58,212 bases of DNA from an uncultured Thiotrichales bacterium (GTDB lineage Bacteria > Pseudomonadota > Alphaproteobacteria > Caedimonadales > Caedimonadaceae). The notes below the pieces were generated by a model that had not been told where the DNA came from, searched no databases, and worked only from the letters and a program-made list of their open reading frames with translations. Shown one piece after another: positions 24,180-35,952 of this stretch. Both the position numbers and the translations under genes were made by a program. The stretch covers positions 1 to 58,212 of the forward strand of contig CAYRKI010000009.1 in assembly GCA_964424815.1 (NCBI GenBank). The letters run 5' to 3'. The number at the start of each line of letters is the position of its first letter. Position 1 is the stretch's first letter.

Positions 24180-26855
24180 TTAACTTAAGCGTTCACCAAT
24201 GACACTGGCAATGGCTTGCATGGCTTGCGCTAGATCCTGGCCATTGGGGCCGCCCGCTTGAGCCATATCAGGACGACCACCACCACCAGCACCGCCCATG
24301 GCTTGGGCAGCAGCCCGGGCCAAATCCACCGCATTTAATTTTGGAGTCAGATCTGCGGTGACGCCAACAACGATAGAGCCTTTACCCTCAACCGATGTCG
24401 CAACTGCCACAACCCCAGAACTCAGTCCTCGCTTAAGCTCGTCAGCAATACCTCGAAGCTCGCCAGGGCTAACCCCCTCCAAGGTTCGGGGTAAAAAGCT
24501 GATGCCAGCAATCTGTTGTGTTGCAGACCCTGTACCACCACTGCCACCCACCGCTAGCTGCTTTTGCAGCTCTTTGACCTGCTGCTCCAGCTTGCGGCGC
24601 TCCTCAAGCACTTGCGTGAGGCGAACAGCCACGTCCTCTGGCTTTGTTTTCATCAAGCTTGCCACACTCAGTAAATACTCTTCGCGGGTAGCCATATGGT
24701 GTTCGGCCCCAGGTCCGGTCAAAGCTTCGATACGGCGCACGCCTGCAGCAATACCGCTTTCAGACACAATCTTAAAATATCCGATATCACCGGTGCGGTT
24801 AACGTGGGTACCCCCACAAAGCTCAACCGAAAACAGTGGGATTTCGGTTTGGTCTTCAGGAGCCATACTGACCACACGCACTTCTTCACCATATTTTTCA
24901 CCAAATAGCGCCATGGCCCCTTCGGCAATCGCGGCTTCAGGTGACATTAAACGTGTGACCACAGCGGCGTTGGCACGAATGCGTTCATTAACCTCATCTT
25001 CAATACGCTTGAGGATGTCGGCAGGCACGGCCTCCTGATAGGCAAAGTCAAAGCGCAGGCGATCAGGGGCTACTAAGGATCCTTTTTGCACCACTTGGTC
25101 TCCCAAGTGCGCACGAAGGCTTGCATGCAACAAATGAGTCGCAGAATGGTTAGCGCGAATCAGTTGTCTGCGCGCAGCATCCACTTCAAGGGTTGCCGCA
25201 TCGCCAACGGCCATCTTGCCCTCCTTCACCCGAACATGGTGAACGAAGACATCTCCTGCTTTACGGCTGGTATCCAACACCTCAATCACGGCACCGTTTT
25301 CAAAGTGAATCAGACCTGTATCGCCCATTTGTCCGCCAGATTCACCGTAGAATGGGGTTTGGTTGAAGACAAGCAGCGCTTCAGTGTTTGCAGTCACTTG
25401 GTTCACCTCTTGACCATTGACGAGCGCTGCACGCAACACAGCTTGAGCTGATGTAGTGCTGTAACCTAAGAAGTCGCTAGCACCCACCTTATCACGCACT
25501 TGGAACCACACAGCTTCGCTAGCTGCCTCACCAGATCCTGCCCAAGAAGCGCGTGCCTCAGCCTTTTGCTTATCCATAGCGGCATTAAAACCATCGAGAT
25601 CCACGCTACGGCCTTCTGCACGCAGGATATCTTGAGTCAAATCCAAGGGGAAACCATAGGTGTCGTAGAGTTTGAAAGCCACATCACCTGCCAGAGCTTG
25701 GCTGGAGCCAAGCTTTGACGTTTCCTCTTCCAACAACTTTAAGCCACGGCCCAATGTTTGGCGGAAGCGTTCTTCCTCTAACTTAAGGCTTTGCATGATG
25801 GTGCTGTGGGCGCGCGTCAATTCTGGATAAGCTTCGCCCATCTCTGCAACCAAGGCTGGCACCAAGCGGTGCATCAGTGGATCTTTGCACCCCAAAATAT
25901 ACGCATGGCGCATGGCGCGGCGCATAATGCGACGCAAAACATAACCACGACCTTCGTTAGAGGGTGTGATCCCATCGGCAATCAAAAACGCACTGGCGCG
26001 CAGGTGATCGGCAATAACGCGGTGGGATGGCAGCGCTTTGCCTTCCGCCTTGACGCCCACCAAATCTTCCGATGCTGCAATCAAAGCTTTAAAGAGATCA
26101 ATCTCAAAGTTGGCGTGCACACCCTGCAAAACCGCCGCAATACGCTCAAGTCCCATACCGGTATCAATGGAAGGTTTAGGCAGGTTCACGCGCTCGCCGG
26201 GTGTACCATCCGCGTTCAACAGCTGTTCATATTGCATAAAGACCAGGTTCCAGATCTCCACAAATCGATCCAGGTCCCCATCGGGACTGCCAGGAGGACC
26301 ACCAGGAATATGAGCACCATGGTCATAGAAAATCTCAGAGCATGGACCGCAAGGACCCGAATCCCCCATAGCCCAGAAGTTATCTGATCCCGCAATACGG
26401 ATGATTTTCTCCTCAGGCAAACCCGCTATCTTCTGCCACAATTTAAAAGCTTCATCATCGTCGATGTAAACAGTCACCAGCAAACGATCGACGGGCAGAC
26501 CAAATTCACGTGTCACCAAATTCCACGCCATTTCAATGGCATGCTCTTTGAAATAGTCGCCAAAGGAAAAGTTCCCCAGCATCTCAAAGAAGGTATGGTG
26601 ACGGGATGTATAGCCGACGTTTTCCAGATCATTATGCTTACCACCGGCACGCACACACTTTTGCGCGGTTGCTGCCCGGGTATAGGGACGCTTTTCAGCG
26701 CCCGTAAACACGTTTTTAAATTGTACCATGCCCGCACTGGTGAACATCAGAGTGGGATCATTGCGGGGCACCAACGGACTGGATTCAACAAGAGCGTGAT
26801 TATCTTGGCCGAAGTAGTCAAGAAAGTGACGGCGTATACGGGATGTGGTCCACAT
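24180..26855 (-). CDS. alaS: alanine--tRNA ligase
   Basis: [31 protein letters not shown], editing-domain HSATHLLH and CGGTHV. Confidence 0.95.
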   Translation of the reverse strand: MWTTSRIRRHFLDYFGQDNHALVESSPLVPRNDPTLMFTSAGMVQFKNVFTGAEKRPYTRAATAQKCVRAGGKHNDLENVGYTSRHHTFFEMLGNFSFGDYFKEHAIEMAWNLVTREFGLPVDRLLVTVYIDDDEAFKLWQKIAGLPEEKIIRIAGSDNFWAMGDSGPCGPCSEIFYDHGAHIPGGPPGSPDGDLDRFVEIWNLVFMQYEQLLNADGTPGERVNLPKPSIDTGMGLERIAAVLQGVHANFEIDLFKALIAASEDLVGVKAEGKALPSHRVIADHLRASAFLIADGITPSNEGRGYVLRRIMRRAMRHAYILGCKDPLMHRLVPALVAEMGEAYPELTRAHSTIMQSLKLEEERFRQTLGRGLKLLEEETSKLGSSQALAGDVAFKLYDTYGFPLDLTQDILRAEGRSVDLDGFNAAMDKQKAEARASWAGSGEAASEAVWFQVRDKVGASDFLGYSTTSAQAVLRAALVNGQEVNQVTANTEALLVFNQTPFYGESGGQMGDTGLIHFENGAVIEVLDTSRKAGDVFVHHVRVKEGKMAVGDAATLEVDAARRQLIRANHSATHLLHASLRAHLGDQVVQKGSLVAPDRLRFDFAYQEAVPADILKRIEDEVNERIRANAAVVTRLMSPEAAIAEGAMALFGEKYGEEVRVVSMAPEDQTEIPLFSVELCGGTHVNRTGDIGYFKIVSESGIAAGVRRIEALTGPGAEHHMATREEYLLSVASLMKTKPEDVAVRLTQVLEERRKLEQQVKELQKQLAVGGSGGTGSATQQIAGISFLPRTLEGVSPGELRGIADELKRGLSSGVVAVATSVEGKGSIVVGVTADLTPKLNAVDLARAAAQAMGGAGGGGRPDMAQAGGPNGQDLAQAMQAIASVIGERLS

Positions 26856-26921
26856 GGTTTACTTCAGTTCTTCAATTATAGGGTCGATGATTATTTTATT
26901 TACACGAAACAAAGGGATAAG

Positions 26922-26946
26922 GGCAGCTGCGAATTACGCAGCTGCC
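26922..26946 (-). terminator. possible terminator or stabilising hairpin at the recA stop codon
   Basis: Perfect 10-bp stem GGCAGCTGCG / CGCAGCTGCC with a 5-nt loop that contains the recA TAA. Downstream on the minus strand is CTTATCCCTTTGTTTCG, which is T-rich but interrupted. Confidence 0.35.
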
Positions 26947-27977
26947 TCTGAATCTCCACCATCCTCAAAAGGGGTGGCAGCAAATGATTGGGCGACTTGG
27001 CCGGCATTGGCGCGGATAGCCTGCTCGATTTCGTTCGCCATATCAGGGTTCTCACGCAAGAATTGCTTCGCATTTTCACGGCCCTGACCAATGCGCTGGC
27101 TTTTGTATGAGAACCAAGCACCGGACTTCTCCACCACTTCAGCTTTTACACCAAGGTCAATGAGCTCGCCGGTTTTAGAGATACCCTCACCGTACATAAT
27201 GTCGAATTCCACCACCTTGAAGGGAGGTGCAACTTTATTCTTCACTACTTTCACGCGGGTTTGGTTACCCACCACTTCATCACGGTTCTTGATGGCGCCA
27301 ATACGGCGTATATCAAGACGCACCGAGGCATAGAACTTCAGAGCGTTACCGCCGGTTGTGGTCTCAGGGTTACCAAACATAATGCCAATCTTTTGGCGGA
27401 TTTGGTTGATGAAGATCACCATGCACTGAGATCTGGAAATGGAACCGGTGAGCTTACGTAAAGCTTGGCTCATGAGACGCGCTTGCAAACCCACGTGGGC
27501 ATCGCCCATCTCGCCTTCTAGCTCAGCCTTAGGAACCAATGCCGCAACCGAGTCGATGACCAAAACATCAATGCCGCCCGAGCGTACCAATGTATCAGCA
27601 ATTTCGAGCGCTTGCTCACCAGCATCAGGCTGAGCAATCAACAATTCGTCCACCTTGACACCCAGTTTGCGGGCATACACAGGATCAAGCGCGTGTTCAG
27701 CATCGACGAAAGCGCAGACACCACCTTGCTTTTGAGCTTCTGCAACGGTTTGCAGGGCAAGGGTGGTTTTACCTGAGCTTTCAGGACCAAAAATCTCGAT
27801 AATACGACCTTTGGGTAGACCGCCGATACCAAGAGCGAGGTCAAGTCCGATGGACCCCGTTGAGATAGCCTCAATCTCAAGGGCTTCCTGCTGACCCAAG
27901 CGCATGATCGAGCCCTTACCAAAGGCGCGTTCAATCTGGCTTAGGGCTGCATCAAGGGCGCGTTGTTTATCACTCAT
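26934..27977 (-). CDS. recA: recombinase RecA
   Basis: [22 protein letters not shown], Walker [53 protein letters not shown]. Confidence 0.97.
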   Translation of the reverse strand: MSDKQRALDAALSQIERAFGKGSIMRLGQQEALEIEAISTGSIGLDLALGIGGLPKGRIIEIFGPESSGKTTLALQTVAEAQKQGGVCAFVDAEHALDPVYARKLGVKVDELLIAQPDAGEQALEIADTLVRSGGIDVLVIDSVAALVPKAELEGEMGDAHVGLQARLMSQALRKLTGSISRSQCMVIFINQIRQKIGIMFGNPETTTGGNALKFYASVRLDIRRIGAIKNRDEVVGNQTRVKVVKNKVAPPFKVVEFDIMYGEGISKTGELIDLGVKAEVVEKSGAWFSYKSQRIGQGRENAKQFLRENPDMANEIEQAIRANAGQVAQSFAATPFEDGGDSEAAA

Positions 27978-28055
27978 CTTCGTCTACTTTCTGCTTCACT
28001 TAATTTCTGCAACACTTTTCAATAATCTACTCTAGACCATGTCGTCCGGGGCTCG

Positions 28056-28934
28056 TCAAGCCCATGTTGCAAGCGGCGGCAAAGACATTAAAATAGCCTC
28101 GGCATTTCCATTGGTCTCAAGACCGAATTTCGTGCCGCGATCATAAATTAAATTGAACTCGGCATAACGACCGCGTTTAAAGAGTTGATGGGCACGCTGT
28201 TCAGGCGTCCATTCCTGAAACATGTGGCGCTTGACAAGCTTTGGATAAATATCAAGGAACGCTTCGCCCACAGCACGGGTAAAGGCGAAATCTTGGTCCC
28301 AGTTGCCAGAGTTTAAGTAGTCGTAGAAAATCCCGCCGACCCCTCTCGACTCATTACGATGGCGAATAAAAAAGTATTCATCACACCACGCCTTAAAGCG
28401 CTCGTAGTAGGTGGGATCAAAACGATCGCAGGCATCTTTGAAAGCAGCATGGAAATCCGCCGTGTCTTGATCATCAGGAGACATGGGGTTCAAATCAGCC
28501 CCACCGCCAAACCAGGTTTTGCTTGTGGTGATAAACCGGGTATTCATGTGCACAGCAGGGACTAAAGGCGACGTCATATGGGCGACCAGCGAGATACCGC
28601 TGGCCCAAAAAGAGGGATCCGCATCAGCGCCTGGAATTTCTTTGCGGAATTTTTCACTAAACTCACCCCATACGGTGGAGCAATTCACGCCAACCTTCTC
28701 AAAAACTTGACCGCGCATGATGGACATGACGCCACCACCTCCTTCGGGTCGATCCCAAGCTTTGCGCTCAAAGCGCCCAGCAATGCCGCCTTTTTGCGCC
28801 GCATAAAGGTCCTCAATATCCTCAAATGCCTTACAAATGCGATCCCGCAGCTCCTCGAACCACGGCTGAGCTTGCTGCTGCCATGAGGTAAAGGGACTAG
28901 AGGGTAGATCGCTCTGGAAGGCTGCTTGATTCAT
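28056..28934 (-). CDS. hemF: oxygen-dependent coproporphyrinogen III oxidase
   Basis: [39 protein letters not shown] and [18 protein letters not shown]. The ATG at 28934 (MNQAAF...) avoids a 44-nt overlap with trmL that the 28982 start would create. Confidence 0.9.
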   Translation of the reverse strand: MNQAAFQSDLPSSPFTSWQQQAQPWFEELRDRICKAFEDIEDLYAAQKGGIAGRFERKAWDRPEGGGGVMSIMRGQVFEKVGVNCSTVWGEFSEKFRKEIPGADADPSFWASGISLVAHMTSPLVPAVHMNTRFITTSKTWFGGGADLNPMSPDDQDTADFHAAFKDACDRFDPTYYERFKAWCDEYFFIRHRNESRGVGGIFYDYLNSGNWDQDFAFTRAVGEAFLDIYPKLVKRHMFQEWTPEQRAHQLFKRGRYAEFNLIYDRGTKFGLETNGNAEAILMSLPPLATWA

Positions 28935-28938
28935 TATG

Positions 28939-29394
28939 TTACTCCTTTTGCGGAAACAGGCCCGTCTGACGCAGGGCCTCACCTAATACCATCGCACCAG
29001 CGATGGCCACATTGAGGGAACGACGTCCCGGGGACATGGGAATTTGAATAGCAGCGTCACAGGCAAGATGCACTTCTTGAGGCACGCCGCAACTCTCTTG
29101 TCCTAGTAATAAAACATCATCGCAATGAAAAGTAAAAGCGGTATAAGGAAGCTCGGTGTGGGGAGTAAGCAAAACTACGCGGGCGGATGTGGCCCGCTGA
29201 AAAGCCACCCATGACTCGTGGCGATGATAGCTTGCAAGCTCCACATAATCCATGCCAGCGCGCTTGAGACCAGGATCTGATAAACCAAAGCCACACGGCT
29301 CGATAATATCAAGCTTGATACCCATGCACGCACAAAGCCGCAATAAGGTACCAGTATTTTGAGCAATTTCGGGCTGATACAGTGCAAGACGCAT
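28939..29394 (-). CDS. trmL: tRNA (cytidine/uridine-2'-O-)-methyltransferase TrmL (SpoU/TrmH family)
   Basis: [25 protein letters not shown]...[19 protein letters not shown]...[24 protein letters not shown]. Collinear with the TrmL (YibK) family. Confidence 0.85.
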   Translation of the reverse strand: MRLALYQPEIAQNTGTLLRLCACMGIKLDIIEPCGFGLSDPGLKRAGMDYVELASYHRHESWVAFQRATSARVVLLTPHTELPYTAFTFHCDDVLLLGQESCGVPQEVHLACDAAIQIPMSPGRRSLNVAIAGAMVLGEALRQTGLFPQKE

Positions 29395-29400
29395 GATGGT

Positions 29401-30414
29401 TTATGGTGCCCTCCAGGCTTCACGCCAAAAAATTTGAATTCCCTGCCAGTCCAGCTTTCGGGCGTTGCGCAGATATTGCACCTCACCTACCACCTGATCT
29501 TGGCTATCAAAGCGAGCACCCACCGCCCATATACTTTCAAATAGCTCTGGCATTGCCGGATAACGCAGATCAAATACACGGCCAAAATCGCCGCTGCGGG
29601 TGAAAAGCAAGTTGCCCGTGGTAAAAGCCTTGAAAATAGAACCTTCACGGGTAGCCAGAAGATGATCCAGATCGCGACCAAAGCGGGTTGGTTTACATGC
29701 CCACGGGTCCATGCGCCCTGTGCGCACATCGACCTTAGTCACACACACTTGATCGGGAAAATGCACCACTACACGCCGCAACGGCAGATGAAACAGCTGA
29801 GGATAGGCATCCACACGGTTAAAACTCACCCGCCCTTCAGGCAATTGCGTTTTAGCGATGGCAAGGGCTTGTTCTGAGTTAGCCATGCCCTGGAAAATAT
29901 AAGCGCCAGCTAAGGTTAAGGCGACCCAAGCTACACCTTCTCGCCATGGAGGACGCTTAAAAAAAGCCCCCGCGACAAGAGCCAGGATCAAAATGCCCGT
30001 AAAGGTGAAATCAATTACGCCTATGGCATGGATCGCAAAGCTGTGATTGGAAAAAGGCGCCAATAACTTGGTGCCATAGCTGGTGGCTAAATCATTGAGG
30101 GGATGGAGCAACAACACAAAAGTAAATAGTCCCGCCCATTCACGATAAGTCTCGTGGGGGTGCGATCTGCGCCGCCAACGCCAAAAGCTATAGGCCAACA
30201 GCGGCCCCACGAGCGGTGGAAACCATAACGAGTGGGTGAAGCCACGATGGTAAACCAGCATGGCCCAAGGGCCCCAAATATAGCCAATAATCACATCCAA
30301 ATCGGGCAGCATCGACACCAGAGCAGCTGCAATCAGAGATGTGCGGCCAAGGCGTCTTTGCCGGGTAGCCTGCGCCACAACAGCGCCAATTGATGCGTGC
30401 GTGATAGGATCCAT
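29401..30414 (-). CDS. membrane-bound metal-dependent hydrolase (YdjM/YbcI-like, DUF457)
   Basis: N-terminus MDPITHASIGAVVAQ, several TM helices with conserved His (HRGFTHS, HPLND), and a soluble C-terminal domain. Confidence 0.6.
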   Translation of the reverse strand: MDPITHASIGAVVAQATRQRRLGRTSLIAAALVSMLPDLDVIIGYIWGPWAMLVYHRGFTHSLWFPPLVGPLLAYSFWRWRRRSHPHETYREWAGLFTFVLLLHPLNDLATSYGTKLLAPFSNHSFAIHAIGVIDFTFTGILILALVAGAFFKRPPWREGVAWVALTLAGAYIFQGMANSEQALAIAKTQLPEGRVSFNRVDAYPQLFHLPLRRVVVHFPDQVCVTKVDVRTGRMDPWACKPTRFGRDLDHLLATREGSIFKAFTTGNLLFTRSGDFGRVFDLRYPAMPELFESIWAVGARFDSQDQVVGEVQYLRNARKLDWQGIQIFWREAWRAP

Positions 30415-30544
30415 GACATCCTCGCTTACATTTTTGTTGCAACCTTATCATGGTTTTCTGGCCACAGCTGCGGAAATTTTCCTTACCACAGACACGAAGA
30501 CATGGTATCAATTTAAATAAAAATCAAGATTACGGGTAGGTTCA

Positions 30545-31108
30545 GTGTCAAAGCAAACAAAGACGATGAATACATCAAATCAAACGCAACAAGGACGGCG
30601 CGAATTTCTTATTCTTGCCGGCAGTGCCGTAGGTGGGGTAGGCGCCGCTTCCGCCCTATGGCCTTTAGTACACAGCATGAATCCCTCTGCGGATGTTCTG
30701 GCTCTTTCCACCATCGAAGTTGATTTAAAACCTATTCAGCCTGGCCAAGCCATTACGGTCATGTATCGGGGTAAGCCTCTTTTTGTGCGTCATCGCACCT
30801 CTGAAGAGATTCAACAAGCTGAGCAGGCAGACGGCGTCAATTTACCCGATCCTCAAAAAGATAAAGACCGGGTCAAGAAACCAGAATGGCTCGTTGTTGT
30901 TGGTGTGTGCACCCATCTAGGCTGCGTACCCACGGGCCAGAAAAGCACAGAAGCACGCGGTGAATTTGGCGGTTGGTTCTGCCCGTGTCACGGGTCTGAA
31001 TATGACACCAGTGGGCGTATTCGCCGTGGCCCCGCCCCAAAAAATCTTGACGTCCCACCTTATACGTTTGTCTCGGAAACAGTGATTCGCGTCGGTCAGG
31101 AGGCTTAA
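30545..31108 (+). CDS. petA: ubiquinol-cytochrome c reductase Rieske iron-sulfur subunit
   Basis: Tat-type signal [14 protein letters not shown]. Rieske boxes CTHLGCVP and [12 protein letters not shown] start. Confidence 0.9.
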   Translation: MSKQTKTMNTSNQTQQGRREFLILAGSAVGGVGAASALWPLVHSMNPSADVLALSTIEVDLKPIQPGQAITVMYRGKPLFVRHRTSEEIQQAEQADGVNLPDPQKDKDRVKKPEWLVVVGVCTHLGCVPTGQKSTEARGEFGGWFCPCHGSEYDTSGRIRRGPAPKNLDVPPYTFVSETVIRVGQEA

Positions 31109-31112
31109 GTCC

Positions 31113-32357
31113 ATGGCAACAGAGAATAATAATAACATGGATACCCCAGCATCAGGCGTGATCGGCTGGATTGACCATCGTCTACCCATCTTTTCTTTTA
31201 TGCGTAAAGAACTCAAAGAGTATCCAGCGCCTAAAAACTTGAACTACATGTGGAACTTTGGCTCCCTTGCGGGCATTACCCTGGTCATTATGATCATCAC
31301 CGGTATTTTCCTTGCCATGCAATATACGCCCCACGTGGACCATGCGTTTCAGAGCGTCGAGCGCATCATGCGTGATGTGAATTATGGGTGGTTGTTGCGT
31401 TATATTCATATGAATGGCGCCTCAATGTTTTTCATTGTGGTCTATCTTCATATTTTCCGCGGGCTTTATTATGGATCTTACAAAGCACCCCGCGAGCTAT
31501 TGTGGATCCTGGGTGTAGTTATCCTGCTGATGATGATGGCAACAGCGTTTATGGGCTACGTGCTACCCTGGGGTCAGATGAGTTATTGGGGTGCCACCGT
31601 CATCACCAACCTGTTCTCAGCCATTCCTGTTGTGGGTGATGAGATTGTAACGTGGCTTTGGGGTGGCTTTTCTGTTGAAAACCCAACTCTCAATCGCTTC
31701 TTTGCCCTGCACTATTTGATGCCGTTTGCGCTTGTCGGAATTATCCTTTTACATATGGTGGCTTTGCATCAACATGGCTCCAATAACCCCCTTGGTATTG
31801 ATGCTAAAAAAGAAGGGGATAAGATTCCCTTCCATCCCTATTACACGCTAAAAGATTTGTTTGGCTTGGGTGTATTTCTCACCATTTATGCGGGATTTGT
31901 ATTTTTTGCACCGGACTTTTTTGGCGAGCCCGATAACTATATTCCAGCTGATCCTTTGGTTACCCCTGCGCACATTGTGCCCGAGTGGTACTTCCTACCC
32001 TTCTACGCGATTTTGCGCTCGGTTCCCGATAAACTAGGTGGCGTGGTACTGATGTTCTCAGCGGTGTTCGTCTTGATGTTCCTGCCATGGCTTGATAAAT
32101 CACCCGTGCGCAGCGCCAGGTTTCGCCCCCTTTACAGAATATTCTTTTGGCTGTTGGCTATTGCCTGTATTGCGCTTGGCTGGGCAGGAGCTCAATTGCC
32201 TGAAGGTGTTCCTCTGTGGGTCGGGCGCTTAGCAACGATGTATTATTTCCTCCATTTCTTGGTCATCTTGCCAACTCTTCACCGCTTTGAGAAAACCTTA
32301 CCGCTGCCTGAGAGTATATCTAACCCTACTGTTCATGCTGCTAAGGGGGGGAATTAA
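31113..32357 (+). CDS. petB: cytochrome b
   Basis: [37 protein letters not shown]. Confidence 0.95.
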   Translation: MATENNNNMDTPASGVIGWIDHRLPIFSFMRKELKEYPAPKNLNYMWNFGSLAGITLVIMIITGIFLAMQYTPHVDHAFQSVERIMRDVNYGWLLRYIHMNGASMFFIVVYLHIFRGLYYGSYKAPRELLWILGVVILLMMMATAFMGYVLPWGQMSYWGATVITNLFSAIPVVGDEIVTWLWGGFSVENPTLNRFFALHYLMPFALVGIILLHMVALHQHGSNNPLGIDAKKEGDKIPFHPYYTLKDLFGLGVFLTIYAGFVFFAPDFFGEPDNYIPADPLVTPAHIVPEWYFLPFYAILRSVPDKLGGVVLMFSAVFVLMFLPWLDKSPVRSARFRPLYRIFFWLLAIACIALGWAGAQLPEGVPLWVGRLATMYYFLHFLVILPTLHRFEKTLPLPESISNPTVHAAKGGN

Positions 32358-32359
32358 TC

Positions 32360-33118
32360 ATGATAATGAAAAGATCATTCCTTGTGGCAAGCATCATCGG
32401 GTGGAGCATCGGCACTAGCAATGCGGCTGAAAGCCATCAACCTCAAGCCATGAACTGGGGATTTAAATCAGTTTTTGGCACTTATGACCGTGCTGCTTTA
32501 CAACGCGGCTTTCAAGTTTATTCAGAAGTTTGCGCCTCATGCCACAGCCTGAAACTTTTAAGTTATCGTGATCTCAAAGGTTTAGGCTTTAGTGAGGCCA
32601 AAATTAAGGCCATTGCAGCAAGCGTTCAGGTCGAAGGCGAAAAAAACGAGGAAGGTATTCCCGTTGAGCGCCCTGGCAAACCCTCAGATCGTTTCAAGAG
32701 TCCATATAAGACCAATGATGCTGCGCGTGCCGCTAACAATGGCGCTCTGCCCCCAGATCTGTCGTTGATGGCCAAAGCACGTAAATACGGTGCTGACCAT
32801 ATTCACGCTATCCTGACAGGTTATAAACAAGCGCCTGAAGGTATGAAGATTAATCCTGGTCTCTATTACAATGAGGCTTATTCTGGTCAACAAATCGCGA
32901 TGGCTCCACCTTTGACCGAGGGCCAGGTAACCTTTAGCGATGGTACCCAAGCAACGGTCGAAAAAATGTCCTTAGATGTAGCGACCTTCTTGCAATGGGC
33001 AGCTGATCCGCATATGGAACAGCGCAAGCAGCTGGGTATTAAGGCAATGCTTTACCTTATGGTGTTTAGCATCCTGATGTATTTCGGCATGCGCCGCGTG
33101 TGGAAGGGTGTCAAATAA
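32360..33118 (+). CDS. petC: cytochrome c1
   Basis: Signal peptide, heme-binding CASCHS, PPDLSLMAK, and a C-terminal TM anchor. Confidence 0.9.
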   Translation: MIMKRSFLVASIIGWSIGTSNAAESHQPQAMNWGFKSVFGTYDRAALQRGFQVYSEVCASCHSLKLLSYRDLKGLGFSEAKIKAIAASVQVEGEKNEEGIPVERPGKPSDRFKSPYKTNDAARAANNGALPPDLSLMAKARKYGADHIHAILTGYKQAPEGMKINPGLYYNEAYSGQQIAMAPPLTEGQVTFSDGTQATVEKMSLDVATFLQWAADPHMEQRKQLGIKAMLYLMVFSILMYFGMRRVWKGVK

Positions 33119-33162
33119 CACCATAAGTGCAGTTGTCCTTAAAAGAGGGATGATCCTACGCA

Positions 33163-33510
33163 ATGCTTGAGACCATTGAAGGCGCCATGGTGATGTGTAA
33201 CCAGGGGTCGTTTCCAACACCCCTTGTGGTTATTCCGAACAGCACCATGGTTATGGGCATGCCGGCAGCTGTTATTACTAATAGTGAACCCTTTTTAAGC
33301 ATCGAGCCCTTTGGAATTTGTCAAACACTCACTGAAGCTGCGGGTATTCCTGTACCCTGTGTTCCCGTGACTACCGTGTGGACGCCAGGTTCGCCCACCG
33401 TACTAATAACAGGTATTCCTATGCTCGAGCAAACCTCCCAATTGATGTGCGCTGTGGGAGGCGAGATTGAAATCTTATTTCCCATGAATATGACAGTGAT
33501 GATTCCTTAA
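33163..33510 (+). CDS. DUF4280 (PAAR-like) domain protein
   Basis: 115 aa. The pattern EGAMVMCNQGSFPTPLVV...GMPAAVITNSEPF..IEPFGICQT......PVPCVPVTTVWTPGSPTVLITGIPMLEQTSQLMCAVGGEIEI matches the DUF4280 layout as I remember it (GAxxxCxxG..P..L.V, FGxC, PCxP....W.PG, C..GG.I). Confidence 0.7.
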   Translation: MLETIEGAMVMCNQGSFPTPLVVIPNSTMVMGMPAAVITNSEPFLSIEPFGICQTLTEAAGIPVPCVPVTTVWTPGSPTVLITGIPMLEQTSQLMCAVGGEIEILFPMNMTVMIP

Positions 33511-33676
33511 ATTCAGCACCCTATAATAGGCCTGATCGCGCATTTTTCAGACTTATTTCATGGGAATTTTCTATCAAAAGCGCTTCTCAAACTTAGATTG
33601 CAATCCTCAAAAGAACGACTATTCTCTGCACCGTGGTGCAATGAGGTTTATTTATTCTTGAGAACAGAGGTGAGAC

Positions 33677-34252
33677 ATGATGGTGCTCCCAAATAAGTCT
33701 TTTTATTTTATTCGCCACGGCGAGACCGATTGGAATAAGCGTCACGTTGCCATGGGGCAAAGCGACATTGCTTTAAACGCAAGAGGCATCTCACAAGCGC
33801 ACCAGGCAGCCGACCTTTTACGAGACGACGGTATTGCATCAATCGCCTGCAGCCCCCTTAAGCGCGCCCTTGAGACAGCAACAATCATCGCTGCTCGCGA
33901 TAAAGTACAGCTGACCATCATTGATCAGTTGAAAGAAGCCTCATGGGGTGTGATGGAAGGCCAAGATAAGGGAGATGGGTCATGGATCCAAGCCTGGCGT
34001 CATGGAGAAGTTATAGAGAATGCCGAAACTTTTTCTGATTTCACCCATCGTGTGGCAAGGGGTGTACTTGAAGCCCTGAAACTTCCTGAACCCGTGCTGA
34101 TTGTGTCTCATGGCGGGGTTTATTGGGCGCTACAACAGGCTTTTGGCTTACCATTCATGGATTTGCCTAATTGCATGCCCGTCGTGCATAGTCCACCACC
34201 CAATCCGATGCATCCATGGATCGTCTCACCCGTTGGCGAAGAGAACGCATAA
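33677..34252 (+). CDS. histidine phosphatase family protein (phosphoglycerate mutase-like)
   Basis: FYFIRHGETDWN catalytic RHG motif, and a later SHGGV motif. Confidence 0.8.
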   Translation: MMVLPNKSFYFIRHGETDWNKRHVAMGQSDIALNARGISQAHQAADLLRDDGIASIACSPLKRALETATIIAARDKVQLTIIDQLKEASWGVMEGQDKGDGSWIQAWRHGEVIENAETFSDFTHRVARGVLEALKLPEPVLIVSHGGVYWALQQAFGLPFMDLPNCMPVVHSPPPNPMHPWIVSPVGEENA

Positions 34253-34320
34253 AATTTAAAAGTCGCAAACCATTACAGATGGGGCCGAGACTGCGCAAGC
34301 GCCACCGAGCGCCGCGCCAA

Positions 34321-35007
34321 CTAAAACTCAATCACAATGTCCTTGGCGCCCTCAATGGCGGGGCGAGGACTGGTCTCAAACCGGACTCTCTCTCCTGGCT
34401 GCAGGCGTGTTTCTGAGAGTTTGTGGGTCCATTTATCCAGTACACAGCTGCTCTCACCCGTGGGGCCGACCTTTTTAGTCGTCAACCGTGACAGCAAACC
34501 AGCTTCGGCGCAATGACCACGAACCATTAGGGTGAGCTCAGGCACCTGGCGCACAGCGTTTGATGTATTGACAAGCTCAGCGCGCACCACAAGGGAGGTG
34601 CGGTCATTTTCAGTAATTTGCGATGGAGCTACTTGCTCGATCACTAATCCAGGTGCTCCAGAAGAAGGCATAAGACCAGCCTTATCGATCACATGGGCAA
34701 AAGCTGGCCAATGGGCGGCAATACGACCACGCAGAGCAAAACTGAGGGCACCCACCACAGTTAAAACGGTTAAAAATCCAATCCAGGGGATGAAACTCCG
34801 CTGTGAGGTTACGGATGGTTGACCCATGGCTGCAAACGAAGGCATTGACGGAGCAAACTCATTCACAGGGGCGGTAGCCTCACGCGTCAGAGGAGCCTGA
34901 TGCCAGGAATGACCGCACGATGCGCAGCGCACTAAACGTGTTTTCTGGCCAAAACTTGCTTCATCAAGATGATAGCGCTTAGAACAGGCCTCACAGGTAA
35001 TGATCAT
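34321..35007 (-). CDS. MJ0042-type zinc-ribbon membrane protein (DUF3426-like C-terminus)
   Basis: MIITCEACSKRYHLDE....LVRCASCGHSW zinc ribbon, a central TM and a C-terminal beta-rich domain. Divergent from ftsE. Confidence 0.65.
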   Translation of the reverse strand: MIITCEACSKRYHLDEASFGQKTRLVRCASCGHSWHQAPLTREATAPVNEFAPSMPSFAAMGQPSVTSQRSFIPWIGFLTVLTVVGALSFALRGRIAAHWPAFAHVIDKAGLMPSSGAPGLVIEQVAPSQITENDRTSLVVRAELVNTSNAVRQVPELTLMVRGHCAEAGLLSRLTTKKVGPTGESSCVLDKWTHKLSETRLQPGERVRFETSPRPAIEGAKDIVIEF

Positions 35008-35199
35008 AAATTCCTCGAGCCACTTTAGGCGTTTACAAAAAATAATTCACAGGTAACTTCTAATTTATAAATTGCCATGACATCCCTTGCAAGGGAATCA
35101 GCCAATTGATTGAAAAATGTCGTAACAATTTTAAGAAAAATCTTGTGAAATTTTATCCTATCTCGGAAAATCAAGCCTAGATTTGATTGCCCACCAACA

Positions 35200-35952
35200 G
35201 TGAGTTTGACCAAGTTGCGTGATATCATTCGCCTAGAAAATGTCAGCTTTTATTATGAAACAGGGCGTCCCATTTTTAAAAACGCCACATTAAGCCTAGC
35301 AGGCGGTAGTTTTCATTATCTGACCGGCATCAGCGGGGCTGGAAAGTCATCCTTACTGAAACTTCTCTATATGGGACACGATCACTTTGATGGACGTGTT
35401 GAATTATTTGGTCGCAATACACTCACTTTAAGTCGCGAAGAACGTCCTGATTACCGAGCACGCATTGGGGTGGTGTTCCAGGATTTTCAGTTGCTGGACC
35501 ATCTGTCTGTCCTCGACAACGTTGCCTTGGCCCAGCGCATTCAAGGACACAGCTGGTTAGAAAGCCGGGAAAGAGCAGCAGAAATTCTCCACTGGATAGG
35601 GCTGCAAGATCATCTCCAGGCCCGACCTAACAGCCTTTCAGGGGGGCAACGTCAACGTGTTGCTATTGCAAGAGCGGTGGTGAATCGCCCCAACCTTATC
35701 CTGGCTGATGAGCCTACGGGTAACGTGGATGATGAGACTGCTGTTCGCCTTATTCACCTTTTTGAGGAACTCCACCGCCGGGGCGCCACCGTTATTATTG
35801 CAACTCATAATCGAGATTTAGCCCAAGCTTTTCCCCATTCCGAAATTCGCATTGAGCATGGCACCTTAAAAGTGTTTGAACCCGCATCATTTAACAATAA
35901 TGACGGTATCAACGTCTTTGAACGCCCAACTGGAACTACCTACCATGGCTGA
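35200..35952 (+). CDS. ftsE: cell division ATP-binding protein FtsE
   Basis: Walker A GISGAGKSSLLKLL, ABC signature LSGGQRQRVAIARA, Walker B LILADEPTGNVD. GTG start. Confidence 0.85.
   Translation: MSLTKLRDIIRLENVSFYYETGRPIFKNATLSLAGGSFHYLTGISGAGKSSLLKLLYMGHDHFDGRVELFGRNTLTLSREERPDYRARIGVVFQDFQLLDHLSVLDNVALAQRIQGHSWLESRERAAEILHWIGLQDHLQARPNSLSGGQRQRVAIARAVVNRPNLILADEPTGNVDDETAVRLIHLFEELHRRGATVIIATHNRDLAQAFPHSEIRIEHGTLKVFEPASFNNNDGINVFERPTGTTYHG

Noticed and set aside
24298-25038. 246-aa plus-strand ORF inside alaS, plus several smaller ORFs between 25086 and 26951
   Set aside because: These are shadow ORFs antisense to an unmistakable alaS. The translations are Ser/Pro/Ala/Thr/Arg-rich low-complexity sequence with no motif and no RBS context.
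27978-28055. Searched upstream of recA for an alphaproteobacterial SOS box (GTTC-N7-GTTC or GAAC-N7-GAAC)
   Set aside because: Neither GTTC nor GAAC occurs in this 78-bp interval, so no LexA site can be claimed from the sequence.
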